From Bugula neritina (Eukaryota > Animalia > Bryozoa): a stretch of DNA of 64,000 nt. A model generated the notes under the pieces. That model did no database searches and had not been told where the DNA came from. It worked only from the letters and a program-made list of their open reading frames with translations. Below, one piece after another: positions 26,280-40,100 of this stretch (position 1 is its first letter; the number at the start of each line of letters is the position of its first letter). The stretch lies in NCBI GenBank assembly GCA_964035545.1, contig OZ037765.1, forward strand, positions 26,845,504 to 26,909,503, read 5' to 3'. Both the position numbers and the translations under genes were made by a program.

Positions 26280-27699
26280 GACGACTGTATGAGAGTTCGT
26301 TGTTTAATGAAATAGGTCACAGGGTTCACATGAATATATATTTTAAAGGAATCCTTGCTAAAATTTAAAAAAGTCAGATAAAAACTAATAGCATTACAAA
26401 TGAATGCTATTTTTATAATTTTTAGACCAATTAATAAAAGAGCATTTTCATAAAACATAAGAATATTTAAATCAGAGAAAAACCAGCAGCTATACACTGC
26501 AGTATTAATGTGATATACTTTTAATTGCGTCTAGTATGATCAGATAATCTGCTAAAGATGCAGTTTATGGGTTTGAATACATAGTAAACAATAAAAGTAG
26601 TGCATAATAAACATATTCTTTAGCTAAACAAAGCTATTTAAAAATTAACAAATACAAACTAGAAATATATGCTTACATCAACTGTGACGTATGTATATAT
26701 TGGTAAAAGTAAAAACAAACGTGTATGTCCATTAATATTTTTCCAAGCATAACAAACAAAAGATTTAAATGACCTAATCAGTTTTTAGTCAATTTGGTGC
26801 AGAATTGTGCAATTTCAACAGTTTTTAGCTTAAATTATCTATGACTAAAATTCTAAAAATATTTTTACATTGAAGGCGTTTTGCTAATTGCTAAACTAAA
26901 ATTTTCTGCTAGTAGCAAAATTAAAATAACTATACTGACACAAATATATTAGTTTATATTGCTACTTAAGATATATAGCTTAAGCTTCTACAAATATGAG
27001 CATCTAACTATCTATACTTATAATAGTTATCACTGCTGAACTGTCATGACAAAGCTAGAATCATTAACTTGACCAATCCAAACACATTTTGACTGACTCA
27101 CGGCAAAGATTTAAAATTTAGATAAGTCAAAATATCATTTTACTAAATAACAGTTCATTTTGAAAATTTCTAGCAAATGCTAGGAATCTTGCACCTGAAT
27201 TAAATGACATTTTAATTTAGACTATTTAAAATAGTTTATGTAACCTACTAATTCTAATATCATTATAATTAATAATCATTGTGATTTAGGTTTGTTTTTT
27301 GTATTACACCAATGTTAATTATTTTATGTTTATAATCATATAAATTAGCAAAGCATGGGGAATGCTGATTTCCGAAAACTTGAACTTGCTAAAATTGTTG
27401 CCTAACCCGACTGCTAAATGTCTTTTTAATTACTATTTAACTTCACTTGGCTAGCCATTAATTTTATTTCTCACCATCTTGAACTAAACCTGAGTCATAC
27501 AGCTGCAGGTATAGAGATTTCATTCCAATAGTTACACAGACATCTACATTATGATAAAGTTGAGACTTATTGCAAGTGCCAGTGTTACACCAATTCTGAC
27601 TGGATTCTAAAAAAGTCTCTCCTTAACTCTACCAGTTTGCAGCACATATGTTGCCCAAATTGAAACTGAAGAGCAAGTAATAAATCTAAAAATCAAATT

Positions 27700-28060
27700 G
27701 TAAACAAGTAACTGTAAGTAATTAGATCAGCATTCATATTGATATTGACATTTCAGTTCTAATACTAATAGTAACACTAAGAATCACAATTTAGTCTAAA
27801 CCTTACAAACCAGAAGCTGTGGCGTATTATTCCAGGCATATATATTATATAATTATATATTGTGATGATATGAAATGCTATAAGTATATAACTATAATAA
27901 CTACTAAATTTAATTTCAATTTTATAAATATCAATTTTATAAGTGTAACATTATAATTATCAATAACTAAGAAGTTATAAGTGTAACACTATCATTATGA
28001 TATTGATTAACTTTAAGTTTAACTATTAATATTAACAAATAATAATATTAATATTGAATC
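27700..28060. repeat. Periodic AT-rich tract on the MAPK15 side of the shared promoter
   Basis: aatactaatagtaacact, taagtgtaacattataat, aactttaagtttaactatt units. Confidence 0.6.
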
Positions 28061-28069
28061 AATTTTAGG

Positions 28070-28610
28070 TACGGACTACCGAGTAACAAGATCAGGCATT
28101 TATAATAATTATATTACGCTGTATGATAGTGTGTATGACAATTAAATTAAGAAAAATAGCTCATAGCGAGTTCGTTAAACTTAGAGTCGAGTAATATGGG
28201 CACAGACGCCATCATACTATTACTAACTGGAAGTGTAAAACTAAAAGAATAAAGATAGAGTTGGGTTGCCAAGGTAACTAAAGCAACTTAACTAGGGGCA
28301 CACTATAGATAACTATATCATTTTGATGAGCAACATCAATCATAATATATAGTTATATTAAAAGTAATATAAACTTGTTTTTCTAGCAATTAGAGAACTG
28401 AACAATGCTTGGAACAGCTGTGACACTTACTTTAAATCGATTTAGCAAACAAAAAGTACTGCTTTTAAAGAATGTATTACAATAATAACAAAACACTACG
28501 CTTGAGATCGTGTTTCTTTCCTTCAGTAATAAAGATGACATGTCAAGGACAAATTAGGAACCGGTCCGCAGCAAAGTTGGTAAAAACCTCGAATGACTGT
28601 ATATTTGTGA
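28070..28610. promoter_or_regulatory. Putative bidirectional promoter of MAPK15 (-) and SEC13 (+)
   Basis: CpG-retaining patch (gcgagttcg, gacgccatc, ccggtccgc), X-box, a plus-strand donor-like TTT|GTGAGT near 28606, and periodic tracts on both flanks. Confidence 0.55.
28265..28278. promoter_or_regulatory. RFX X-box motif upstream of MAPK15
   Basis: GTTGCCAAGGTAAC matches the X-box consensus GTNRCC-N(0-3)-RGYAAC and lies in the CpG-containing patch between MAPK15 and SEC13. Confidence 0.6.
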
Positions 28611-28759
28611 GTTGGCATTTAAATGCAATTACCAAAAATTTTGCCTTTAGAGAAGCCTCACCTAAAATCATTGCAGTTTTAATAATAACTGCATTTATGA
28701 TGCTAGCTTCGTAATTTTTTAATAATAAATTAAACTCATCATTTTATAGTTCACAGATG

Positions 28760-29780
28760 TGGTTATAAATTATAATCATAATGATAATATTAATGCTTAT
28801 CTGTTATCACTATGAGTATGACATTGAGTTTGACTATCAGTTATCATTATCACTTTAAGTTTAAATTTATCACTTTAAGTTTATGGCTATGCCTATGTCT
28901 ATGAGTATCAGTATGAGTATGACATTGAATCAATCATTGAGTTTGACTATGAGTTATAGCCTATAGGACTAGGTATACTGATACTCTAACTCATACTTTA
29001 ACTTATAGTTATAGTTATATACTTAGAGTTGAAGTTATCCGGATACTTATACTTATAGTTAATGTTATACTTAGTCTTATAGTTATAGAGTTATAGTTAT
29101 ATTTTAATAGTAATACTAATAGTTTGATACTAATACTAATATTAATAGTAATACTAATAGTCTAATCGTAATACTAATATTAATAGTAATACTAATAGTC
29201 TAATCGTAATACTAATACTTACTAATACCGGTATTATAGTAATACTAGAACTAATAGTAATAGTAATACTAATTGTATTACTATTGCCATTGGTAATCAT
29301 AATGGTATTAGTAATATTAATATTATTATTTTTAGTTTCAGTAATACTAATACTCATAGTTATTACTAGTCTTAACTATTATTATTACTAATGGTATTAG
29401 TATTACTATTACTAATAGTTTTAGTTATGATAATGATCTTGGACTTGGTAAAACTAAATCACTAAATGAGTATTACCATGATGATGATAATTAACAATTG
29501 GTATTATTATTTGAATTTCACTATTACTGTATTACCGTATTGGTATTGCTTATACTGTTTGAGTATACGTATCCCTATCCAGTATCCACTATGACTATGC
29601 ATGTTGGATATGTAGTGTCTGTGAAAAAGTGAGAACGGGGGTTTATTTTCAGTTGAAGTTTTAGTTTCAGTGTGACTTTAAAACTAAGTCTAAAAATTAT
29701 ATCAAAGTTAACATTGATAATTGTATTTTATGCAGTCCTATACTATTAGTGTTAATAATACTAACCATTTGGAGTAGGTC
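28760..29780. repeat. Periodic AT-rich tract in SEC13 5'UTR intron
   Basis: actatgagtatgacattgagtttgact, agttatacttat and aatact/agtaat runs. Confidence 0.85.
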
Positions 29781-30804
29781 ATTTAGTCATAGCAAAACTA
29801 AAGCAGCATTACTAAATATATTACCAATAGTTGCACCTAATTTTATAGTAATACTGTAAAATAAACAGAATTGGTAATAATATTTACTCAGATATTTATG
29901 TTGGAAATAATATTTATTACTATTATGGATTACTCATAGTCTTATAGTACAAGACACCAATTATTACCATAATTGTGATAATGACAGTCATGAGATCTGT
30001 TTCTCGTGATGTAACAATATTTGCTTATATAACTATATGCTTTCAGCAATGCCTTATATTGCAAATAGACATTGTAATTGTAAAATAATACTCAACATTT
30101 AAAGAGTTATAATTAACTCAATAACTTAGTACCTGTAAACCAAAGTTTAGTTACAGCTAATTTGTAACTGTAATTGTTTCATGTGCCGATAAGGTCTAAG
30201 TTAAAACTTAGACATCATCAGCAGTGAGCTTTAAGTTAGAACTTAGAGTTTTTGCTATTGTTTTTGTTTCTCCTGAAGAGGTGACAAAATTTGATGGTAA
30301 TTGTAACATAAAAAGCACTTTAAATTATTAGTGAATCATCTCACAGTTTTGAAGCGAAAATCATAATGTTTAATTATTGATATATGCATGAAAAAGCATC
30401 TTTTGACATTTAGCCTAGACTCTAGGGTTTCAACATAATTCTGGAGTTGTATTATCAACATAGTTTCCCACAGTGCATTCTTTCATGGGGTAACAACTCT
30501 CTTTCTCAGTTAAGACCATTTATCTAAATTGGTGCCTTGCATCAAGCATGATTGTTTTTTGCATCGAAATGCTTTGATGTTTAGCTTTATATTTGTCTCA
30601 TGATATTATTTTATAAGAAATTCACTGTATTGCAGTTCAAAGTTGTTCATATAATGTAGAAATATGAAGCTGGTTGTAACAGTGCCTTCTGTTTCTTAAT
30701 ATCTACATATTCATTAGCAATTTTCATTTTAAGTTTTAGATTGTTAGAAGTTGAAGAATATTAGTTTTTACATCACTCAAACAGAATATTTATAAGTTTC
30801 CAAT

Positions 30805-33800
30805 ATGGTAAGTAACAAATTATATACTGACTGCTCTTTATATGCAAATAGTATTTCACTCTTTCTATTTGTTTTGTGGCTTAATTATTTTTTTATTTTT
30901 TCAGATGTCTGTAATGCAGACAATTGATACAGCCCATGATGACATGATAGTAAGTCTTGTATTCACTTTGCTTATTTAATATGCTGTGTTAATTTATACC
31001 TTGTCTTTGAATGTCAGGCAGCAAAATAAGAATTTATCCCTGTTTAAGTATTACTTTTAGATGGCTTATGAGATTTTTTTATTGTATAGACACTACTAAA
31101 TGTAATTCCTATCATTATATTCATTGTTTGAAAAAAATTAGTAGTAGTTGTCTTCTTTTTTACTAACCTATCATCAAGTTCTAAATAATATGAGTAACAT
31201 GCAAGTATGCAATAATACTGAAAATTTATTCTATTCAATTGTGTTACTTAAGTAATCATAATCAACTTACATTATTTTGAAAATTGTAGGCAACTGCTTG
31301 AAATTCTGTACAAAGCTGCCATGATAAATGCTTAAATGCTTAACTGAAAATATTTCCTCCTAACTGAAAATATTTTCAGCTCATAGCTGTATGCATAAGG
31401 CTGCCTTTATCAGAAAGTAGTGCTTTCTCTTTGATATTAGACATGCTAATACTCAATTTCAGAATTATCAGCATCTTCTTTGCTATGTGAGTGCAACACT
31501 TGTAATAATGCGTTTTATTTGTTGTGTTTTCCCCATCAGCATGATGCACAAATGGATTATTTTGGAATTAAACTTGCCACTTGCTCCTCTGACAGAGCAA
31601 TCAGAGTGTTTGATGTGAAGCAAGAACAGTACACACTACAGCAAGAACTTATGGGGTTAGTTTTAATTACTCAGTGTCTCTATAATTACAATCAAATAAC
31701 TAATGTTAGTCCTTAAAATCAGTATAGAAGGATTAACGTTAATTTAGTTCAAATATGTTTTTGTTGTTTATATTTTATTATTTGAAGTTGTCTTTTTAAT
31801 GTGATAGTTATCAAGTAAAACAACTTACTGCAAAGGCTTGCTGACATGTACTTGGCGTTGAGCCAAATGCTTTGGCAATTATTCAGTACTGTTGCATTAC
31901 TAATTTATAATATTATGCAGATTTTCACTCCAGTTTTTTTTAGTAAGTTTTGTTGAACTATTCAACTTTTCATTTGTCTGTTTTCAGGCACGAAGGCCCT
32001 GTGTGGCAGCTGGCGTGGGCGCATCCAAAGTTCGGTTCCATTTTGGCATCATGTAGTTATGACAAAAAGGTAGTCATATGGAAAGAAATCAACAGGAAGT
32101 GGTCTCCTATCTATGAATATAAAGACCACGAATCGTCAGGTAGTATAATACATTCTTTAATTTTTTTATTGTAGATTTCTTAAGTTGTTGCTACTTTCTT
32201 CCTCTAGTTTTCTAGCATTTGTATCATATTTGTGTGATAATCTTTCCTAAATTGTGTATTACAATATAACTCTATTTAATCATAAAAAACAGTAGTTATC
32301 ATCCCTTGCACTGTGAGTTCTGTGTTCGTATTGAAGAGCCGCAAATCTAAAACTAAGTTCGCATTACTCGTTGTCCTGGATTGTCACTTTTCCATACACT
32401 ACAATTTTAAAATAGTCATGTTTTTCTACTTTTCCTGGTTTGATTTATGTTCACTGCATTGATTTTAGTAGTAAAAAATACATCATATTTTTGTACTTGG
32501 GTTTTGAACAAGTTGTATATCTTCTCGTATGTGATTATTTTTAGTAAACTCCGTAGCATGGGCACCTCACGAGTTTGGGCTACTGTTAGCATGCGGCAGT
32601 TCAGACTGCTCTATTTCATTGATCTCTAGTGAAGGTAAGCCCATTATTTAGTGCTCAATATATGTAGAATAAACATAAACATTAGCATTCTAGATATCTT
32701 CAGCATTTTGCAAATATATATGTATATACACTGTGTGTATTTCATAATTAATATACTTTTAGTTATAATTTTTTGTTATAAAAATTGCATTTCATACTGA
32801 AAGAATAAATATGTTCTGCTTGTATATGTAGATGGTGAGCAGTGGGACTCTAAAAGAATACAAAATGCTCACAGTGTAAGTTTCTTTGACATTGTCTAGT
32901 TTCTCTTTGTAAAAATAAGTAACTAAAATTTCCAAAAAAACTCCAATACATGTAATAATATATTTGTGTTTATTCTGAGTTGTTGTATTTTAACCAGATT
33001 GGTTGCAATGCTGTGTGCTGGGCACCCGCTACGTCACCCGTTAGTCTGCTAGAGACGTCTGCGGACTCGAGGCCAGAACTTACAAAGCGCCTGGTGTCTG
33101 GTGGCTGTGATACTTTTATTAAAATCTGGAAGTATGTTTCTCAGAATTGTCTATCAGCTATCATTTTTATAGCCAGCCTAACATGGATACTCTTTACTTT
33201 CAAAGTATTATGTTGTTATTTTTCAAGAGATTGGATATTTTACTTTTGGTCACCTATAGTATATTATGAATATGTAACCACATATTAGTTGTGAAGCATG
33301 CACTTTTATCCACCTACTGTGTATAATACATATGCCAATGCTGTGAATCAGTAGCCTGTATTGTATTTATACAATCTATGTGTTTCATAACAAAGGGAAG
33401 AAGATGGTGAGTGGGTTGAAGACACAAAACTAGAAGGTCATAGCGATTGGGTGAGGGACGTAGCATGGGCCCCCGCCACAGGTCTAAATAGAAGTCAAAT
33501 AGCCAGTTGCTCACAGGTAAATATTAATATATTAGCATTTCATCAAATCTTAATAGATTACCAACAGTCAGTATATCTGGCAATGCTAAACGATAGTAAC
33601 TTCATCTATACAGGCAAATTGCAATAGTCTAATTTGAGCATCACTATCTTAAACACTTGATGCATATTACAAACACACTTTACTGCATGCAGTGTAGTCA
33701 GCAGCTGTGTGCTCAATGCTTTACCTCCTCAGCAGCTGCCATTTGAGCTTTGCTCGCTATACTTGAAAGTACTAAGGCTAAAAACAGGCTCATCGGAGTT

Positions 33801-36281
33801 GTGGTTGTTTGTCATGGGCTGAATTCTTCGTTTGCCATGTTTTGTTTTCACACGAGAGTTTTTCTCGGCTTCTTGTGAACTCAGAGATACAAACAAGTCA
33901 TCAAACTTAGCTGATAGTACTCCACACTTGCAGAATGTAATAAGAAATATTTTTCTGAATTTTCTTGCAAATAATATGTAGATAATAAAGTTAACTGACG
34001 ATGCAGTGGACACAAGTACATTAGCAATTGTGCGGTAGTAGATGTTAGAAGATATCGGGTAAATAGCCTCAGCTACTTTGAAGTGTTGTAATTCTCTCGC
34101 TATTTGATGAACTGTTCGAAGGATTTTCAGTGTAAAGATCGGTAGTGTGAGAATGGTAAACGTGGTCACGATGATTACTATCATCTTCGTCAAGTTTCTG
34201 CTATTAATTAAATGTTTCTTGTCTTTTGATGTGATGTTCCCATTCCTCATATTCAAGTACCTTTTCTGCATCTCTTGCAGAGCTTTGTAAAGTCTCACAT
34301 TGAAAACAATCAGCAGTACCATTGGCCCCAGATCAGTAAGGACTGCCGCCATGAATATTTTATATATAACTTGGTAGTAGTTGTCCTGGTGTAGCCGATC
34401 CCATTCTCTAATTCGAACCACTTTTAACACTTGATTCAAATAAAAATTCTCTCTATATAATCCTCCATATCTGAACACTTTGTATTCAAACATTAATGGA
34501 ATATTATATACAACAACGAATATCATGAGAACTATTAAGATGATGTATATGTTTCGCTTCCTCCGAATCATCATAGGCTTGCAGACTGCGATGTATCGGT
34601 CAATAGTGACCATAACAGTAAGCACTACAGTGCCGTACCTAGCTGCAGAATGCATGGGAAGAATAAAGTAGATTATTGCTGTTGCGAATCTTTCAGCTAA
34701 GTCACTGTTATAGTGATTGGACTCCGTGTAGTAGTATATGTAGCTTCTTAGGCAGTTGTTTAGAATAGCAAAACTAAGAGTGAGAATGCCAGATATGGCC
34801 AAAGACTTTAGGATGATGTTGGTAGAGTTTGAAGTTGTGTCTTTGTTCAGCACTATAATTGCCAGGAAGTTCCCTAAAATTGGATAGTGGATTATGCAAG
34901 TTTTGTTCAAGAATCCCTGACACACTCCATTTATGCAGTAAATAAAATATTCATATATTTCTTAGATGTCATCTATATATTGTTTGAGGGTTGTACGCTC
35001 AAACAATTTTATGTAGTTCATAGCTAAGATATTTATAAATATTTTAATGCTGCATTAAATTCTTTAATAATAATAATCTAGCTAAAATATAATGAGTTCG
35101 ACATTTTACCCATCGTACTTTCAAAAGTATGAACTTCCACATCTGTACATACCTATTATTCCAAATACTGAAATAATGCTGTGTATCACAATCTCCATGA
35201 CGAAATTCCATGTCTTGTGGGCCACCGGGAGACATTCATAAGCTGCTGTTAAATTAATGCAATAGTAAGAATATAGTTCGTCCAGATCTTCCTCACTGAT
35301 GATAAACTCAGTAGTGGTTATCCCTTGTGTTGTATTCATGTTTCAGGCTTCTGTGTACTAATGTAAGCAGTCGAGCAGTTCATAGCATATTATATTGACT
35401 TTATTGCATAGATGTAGCACCTCTCCACTCTTCCTCAGCCAATCTACAAGTGTTGAAAACTATGTATAAATGTTTATGGCCACTTGAAATTAAGGCTTAT
35501 ATACCACTTGATCTTTAGCTAATGACGCTCATTTAAATGTTATTACTCCATTACTTACAAGTTTGTATATTATTGGTTGAATAAAGTCTGTAGGCTACTC
35601 TTAGGTGCTGTCTATATATACTAGTAGCTTTCCCACTTTACTTCCTTCACTCTATATATATTTGGTTTTATCCTGTATGCTTTTAAAGGATAAATAAAGT
35701 ACAGTGATTGAAAAAATATCATTGTTTTAAAGTTGCTAGTTATAAAATATTTCTAACGATCAATGCTAGCACGGTTGACCACCTCCCTATAATTTTTAAT
35801 GATGAAAGCTAATGTCTAGTTGGCTATGCAGTCACTGTACTCTGATACATGGAAAGACTATGATCCACAGATTGCTCAAGTTCCCGCGGTGTATTTTTTA
35901 GGATGGAAGAGTGATTATTTGGACCAATAACGGTTCCACTGCAAGTTGGACATCTAAAGAGTTGTTAAAATCTAATGACGTAGTCTGGCATGCAAGCTGG
36001 TCACTAACTGGAAATATTTTGGCCATATCAGGAGGAGACAATAAGGTGTGTATAATTATTATTTTGCTTGTCTAGTCATTGTGTTAGTTGTAGACAAATT
36101 GAACTGCATAGTATTGAATAAAAAAGATTTTGACAAATTTGTTTGCCATAAACATGAATTTTTAAAGGCTTCACATTTTTTTTAGGTCACTCTGTGGAAA
36201 GAAGCTATTGATGGTAATTGGCAGTGCATTAGTGATGTTAGTAAGAGTCAAGATAATGAAATTAAGCAAGTTCAAGGATAA
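30805..36281 (+). CDS. SEC13: Protein transport protein SEC13 (WD40; COPII/nuclear pore/GATOR2)
   Basis: Exons 30805-30807 (ATG only), 30905-30949, 31540-31655, 31988-32139, 32545-32634, 32832-32875, 32998-33131, 33396-33516, 35902-36045, 36186-36281. Motifs [108 protein letters not shown]. Confidence 0.96.
33729..35339 (-). CDS. Class A peptide GPCR, FMRFamide-receptor-like (~443 aa), nested antisense in SEC13 intron 33517-35901
   Basis: Exons 35339-35153 and 34873-33729 (phase-1 intron) join TM1 as [13 protein letters not shown]. Seven hydrophobic segments, DRY after TM3, YNIP in TM4, TM7 SSVNFIIY followed by RKFRK, typical of protostome FMRFamide/sex-peptide-receptor-like expansions. Confidence 0.88.
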
Positions 36282-37105
36282 TGGGTTTTGACATTTTGTT
36301 ATATAATTTGTTATACACTTTAAGTTATAGGTTTTCTAGTTTCAGGAGAAGCAGTATAATGCTTTACAATATAAATTATATTATATGGTGCAGTTGCTCT
36401 GCTTTACATTTAATATGGTCATTAATATACTGTTGCTGGTTATGTTTTCAGAAAGCAATGCTTTTTCAATGCAATAGTATGTAAATATCTGTAATATATC
36501 ATTGATTATTCCTACTCTCACATATTTACAAGAATATTATTTGGTATATAAATAGCTCAAGCATGATAGGATAGTTGTAATCGCAAGGTGATATCTTGAG
36601 TGGTTGTGACATCAATGGAAATTGACAAGATAAAAGGTGTTGTATTTCATACTTGCATTTATTACATAATAACTACTAAAACTGTTGAATATCATTTCAT
36701 ATACAAAAAACACAAATGTGTTGTGTTGCCAGCATTAACCTAACATATTTTACACATTTTGATGGATGGATAATATAACCTAGTAGTAGTTATATGTAGA
36801 GCATATGTACATAGTATAAATGACTGCTGAAGAAAAACGGTGCACCATCATCAGCAATATTATAGCTAACTCATGCATAAATGGAGAACTAAAATGGGTT
36901 ACCTTAGCAATAATAAAAACGTTCGGCTTTTCAGATACAAACAGATGTATTCAAAACGTGTCTTAGTAAAAATTTCCTAGTCATTGATCATTATCACAAG
37001 TTAGAAATAGCAGTTTTATTAAATGTTTTAAGGATTCCAAAATGACTCAGATAGAATTCCCATTTTATTTACTGCGTTGGAGTAAAAAGAGCGTAGCATT
37101 ATGTG

Positions 37106-40100
37106 TTATTCAATAAATTCAAATTCTGGGCCAGCCATGTCAATGGCCCACATGAACTTTTGCCGCTGCGTTTTGTTATACACTTTCTCTATTGGTATGT
37201 CGTACTTTTTACACCAGGCTACTGATATTCTAGGATCTAGATAGTTGAGTTTGGAGGTTCCCAAGGCAATATCTTTGTTTTCATCCTACAATAGAATGTA
37301 GATCACAGTTCTTCAAGAAATTCATTATCATGCATAACATAAAATTACCTTGTAATATAAGGGAACATTCTCAACAATTTTTACGAGACTTACCATTGAA
37401 CAACAGTACTTTGAATGTTGATAACAAGATATCTGAGAGAAACACTACCCTGCACTAAGTGTAGTAATGGTGATAATAAAAAGTTGCAATCGTATAACTT
37501 CATAAAACCAAATTACTCACAACAAATAAAAATCCTTACAGCTAGACACATAGGTGTGATATTACAGCCACATGAGTGGTTTTATAAAACTGAGGGCGCC
37601 TTCAATAAACCATTAAATTTGATGCGATAAAAAGCCTAGATATGACAGCAAGGGTTCTTGACGTACTTTGTCAGTGGCCTGCAGCTCCAACTTGTGTAAC
37701 TGCTCTTTTATCCTTTCAACAGCCTTCTTCTTTTTCTCCACATTACTAAAGTACAATGACACATGCAAGTCACACAGACACTGATATTAGAATGATATCA
37801 GAACTTTACAGGCAATATGAACGACTTTTAAAACCAAGAAAGTGTTTATTTAAATAAGTTGAAAATTCAAATGTTTCTATAAGATAAAAGTGCATTTAGT
37901 CAAAAGGAGAGTGGGTGTGGAATGGATAATAGGCTAGCACAATAATGCCAACCTTTGCAACATTTCAAAAACTGGATGTAAATAATTTTGTAGAAGAATA
38001 CCTTGCAACAGTGGTAGACCTGCTGTTTTTGGCCTGCTGCTTGGCATCCTTAAGCTGTTTATTAGCTTCTTTGAGATCTTTTTTCTTGTTTTCTATTTTT
38101 TCAGACATCCGCTCCATTTGTTGGGAGAAGTTTTTGGGTACTGCACGTTGATGGTTACACAGAACTGCAACCGCCCTATTGGCTCTGTTGTAGGCCAGCA
38201 GCTTTGCAGCCACATTATCATCCTCTATCAAGGAGAACATAACTTCAGTAAATAATGCGGTCATTGGAAATAGTATTGTTGGCAATATTTTAATTGCATG
38301 GGTTTATAGCAAATAGTTTGCCTGACACCAAAAACTATTTAGATAGATCGTTGATGTTGATCAATAAAATGAACTGATAGCCACCTTTAGTGAGCAGATT
38401 GAGCTGTTCTTCAAGAGTGCGAGAAGCATTGTAAGTACGGAACACTTTTGCAGTCAGGCCTTCCATGATGTCTTGAAGATGCTTGTTTAAAATGCTAGTC
38501 TAAAATTATAGAGCAACGGCAATGCAGCAGGTGAGAAAGAAACAGAATATTCAACTCAGGTATATAATAGTTTACTAACAGAAGTTCAAAGGTAAACAAA
38601 AAGTCGTATGTACATACATTGAGTCTATCAAAGAGATCATCTCCCTCGTTTTTATTCTCCATGAATAGCTTAAGGTTCTTGAAGACGCGCTTTTCCACGG
38701 ACACTGAGTTCTGGTACCTAAAAACCCAACGAATACTTGTGATCAAAATATTACACAGTATTGACACCAGTTGCATACATCTAGCAGACGAGCATCAAGA
38801 GCAGACAACTGCTATTCATTTTTATATTGTGTAGCTGCAAAAAACTAAATTCAAAGAAAATATATGACCAATTATGAAACAAAGTGTATAGAGCAGCCAT
38901 TATAATAGAAGTATTACACCATGGTGTGTCTAGCTTACGTGACGTAAAGTTCAAAGACAACGATAAAGCATGCGAACCTAATGGAATCTTTTCCAAGAAA
39001 GTCAAACTCGACTACATTTTCGAGATCATCCTTTTGCTCGTGAAGCTTGACATGCTCGTAGCGCAAGGAGCAGCAGCCTACCGTGTCAGCAGACTCATCA
39101 GAGTCCTTCTCATTGCCAGCTCTCAGGGCCAACTTATCTGAAACATGATATCAAATGTTAACTCTTTGTCTCTAAACCATTTAGAGAAAGACAGTTACGG
39201 CCAGAAATATAATAAACCAAACGGCATGTAACATTTATCTTGAAGTTAAAGTTCCTTGAGGGATATTGATATTCCATTGTGTTGGAAAACAAATCTGACT
39301 GTCATTAGATTTATTCTGGTGTATCAAGAAAAGCAAGTTAGTCATACTGATATCAGCTTTTAGAAAACTAAACTCAACATTTGAACAAGACTAGTATACA
39401 ACCCAAGGTAAACCTGCCGGATTATTCAACATGTACTACTAAATTGTTACAAAAGGCACAGACTATTTTTCGTTTAAAACAAGAAATATATATTTCTTGG
39501 CCGTACCAAACGATGTGCAATGCAATTACGTTTTATAAAAAAAAATACAAAGCAATAAAACATGAAGTTTACCAATAAAGTAAATAGCCACAGCTCGTTG
39601 CCTTATTTTCATTTCCTTGCTTTTCCAGTCATTTGTGTAGTTTTCTCGAACTTTATCAATAATTGTATGAAGTTTTCTAGCCTTTTCATACTTCTGCCAA
39701 TCTTTCTCCCCCTTCAACCTGCTAGCAGGGTTCAACATCACATATTTTATCTGACCTTGAATGTTCTCCGTCCATGTGGCCAGCCATGTCACCTCATTGT
39801 CACTCCTTACCTGTAATTCAACATTGAATATTCCTGTAATTTATAAATAATATATGCAAAACTTTACGTTACACAACAAGCCAAATCGCTAGAAAAGATA
39901 GCTGATGGCCTAACTTAATTTTTCAAATGCTGTAACCATGACAACAAAAACATTAACTACATATCCTAACTTAACCCACTCATTTATCTGCTTAACTATT
40001 GCACTTTTCATAAAAATGAGTTTCTACTTCGCTTCAGCGGATATCACTAATCTGGTTCAAATTCAGCAACAAAAAATTCACTCTAATATGTCAATCACAT

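Noticed and set aside
29154-29357. Ile/Thr/Ser/Asn- or Leu/Val-rich ORFs (also 11139-11354, 45053-45376, 46110-46352)
   Set aside because: By-products of the (ANT)n periodic tracts; no splice or homology support.
30805-30807. SEC13 first coding exon contributing only ATG
   Set aside because: ATG-only first coding exons are common and, from recall, also found in other animal SEC13 genes; not novel.
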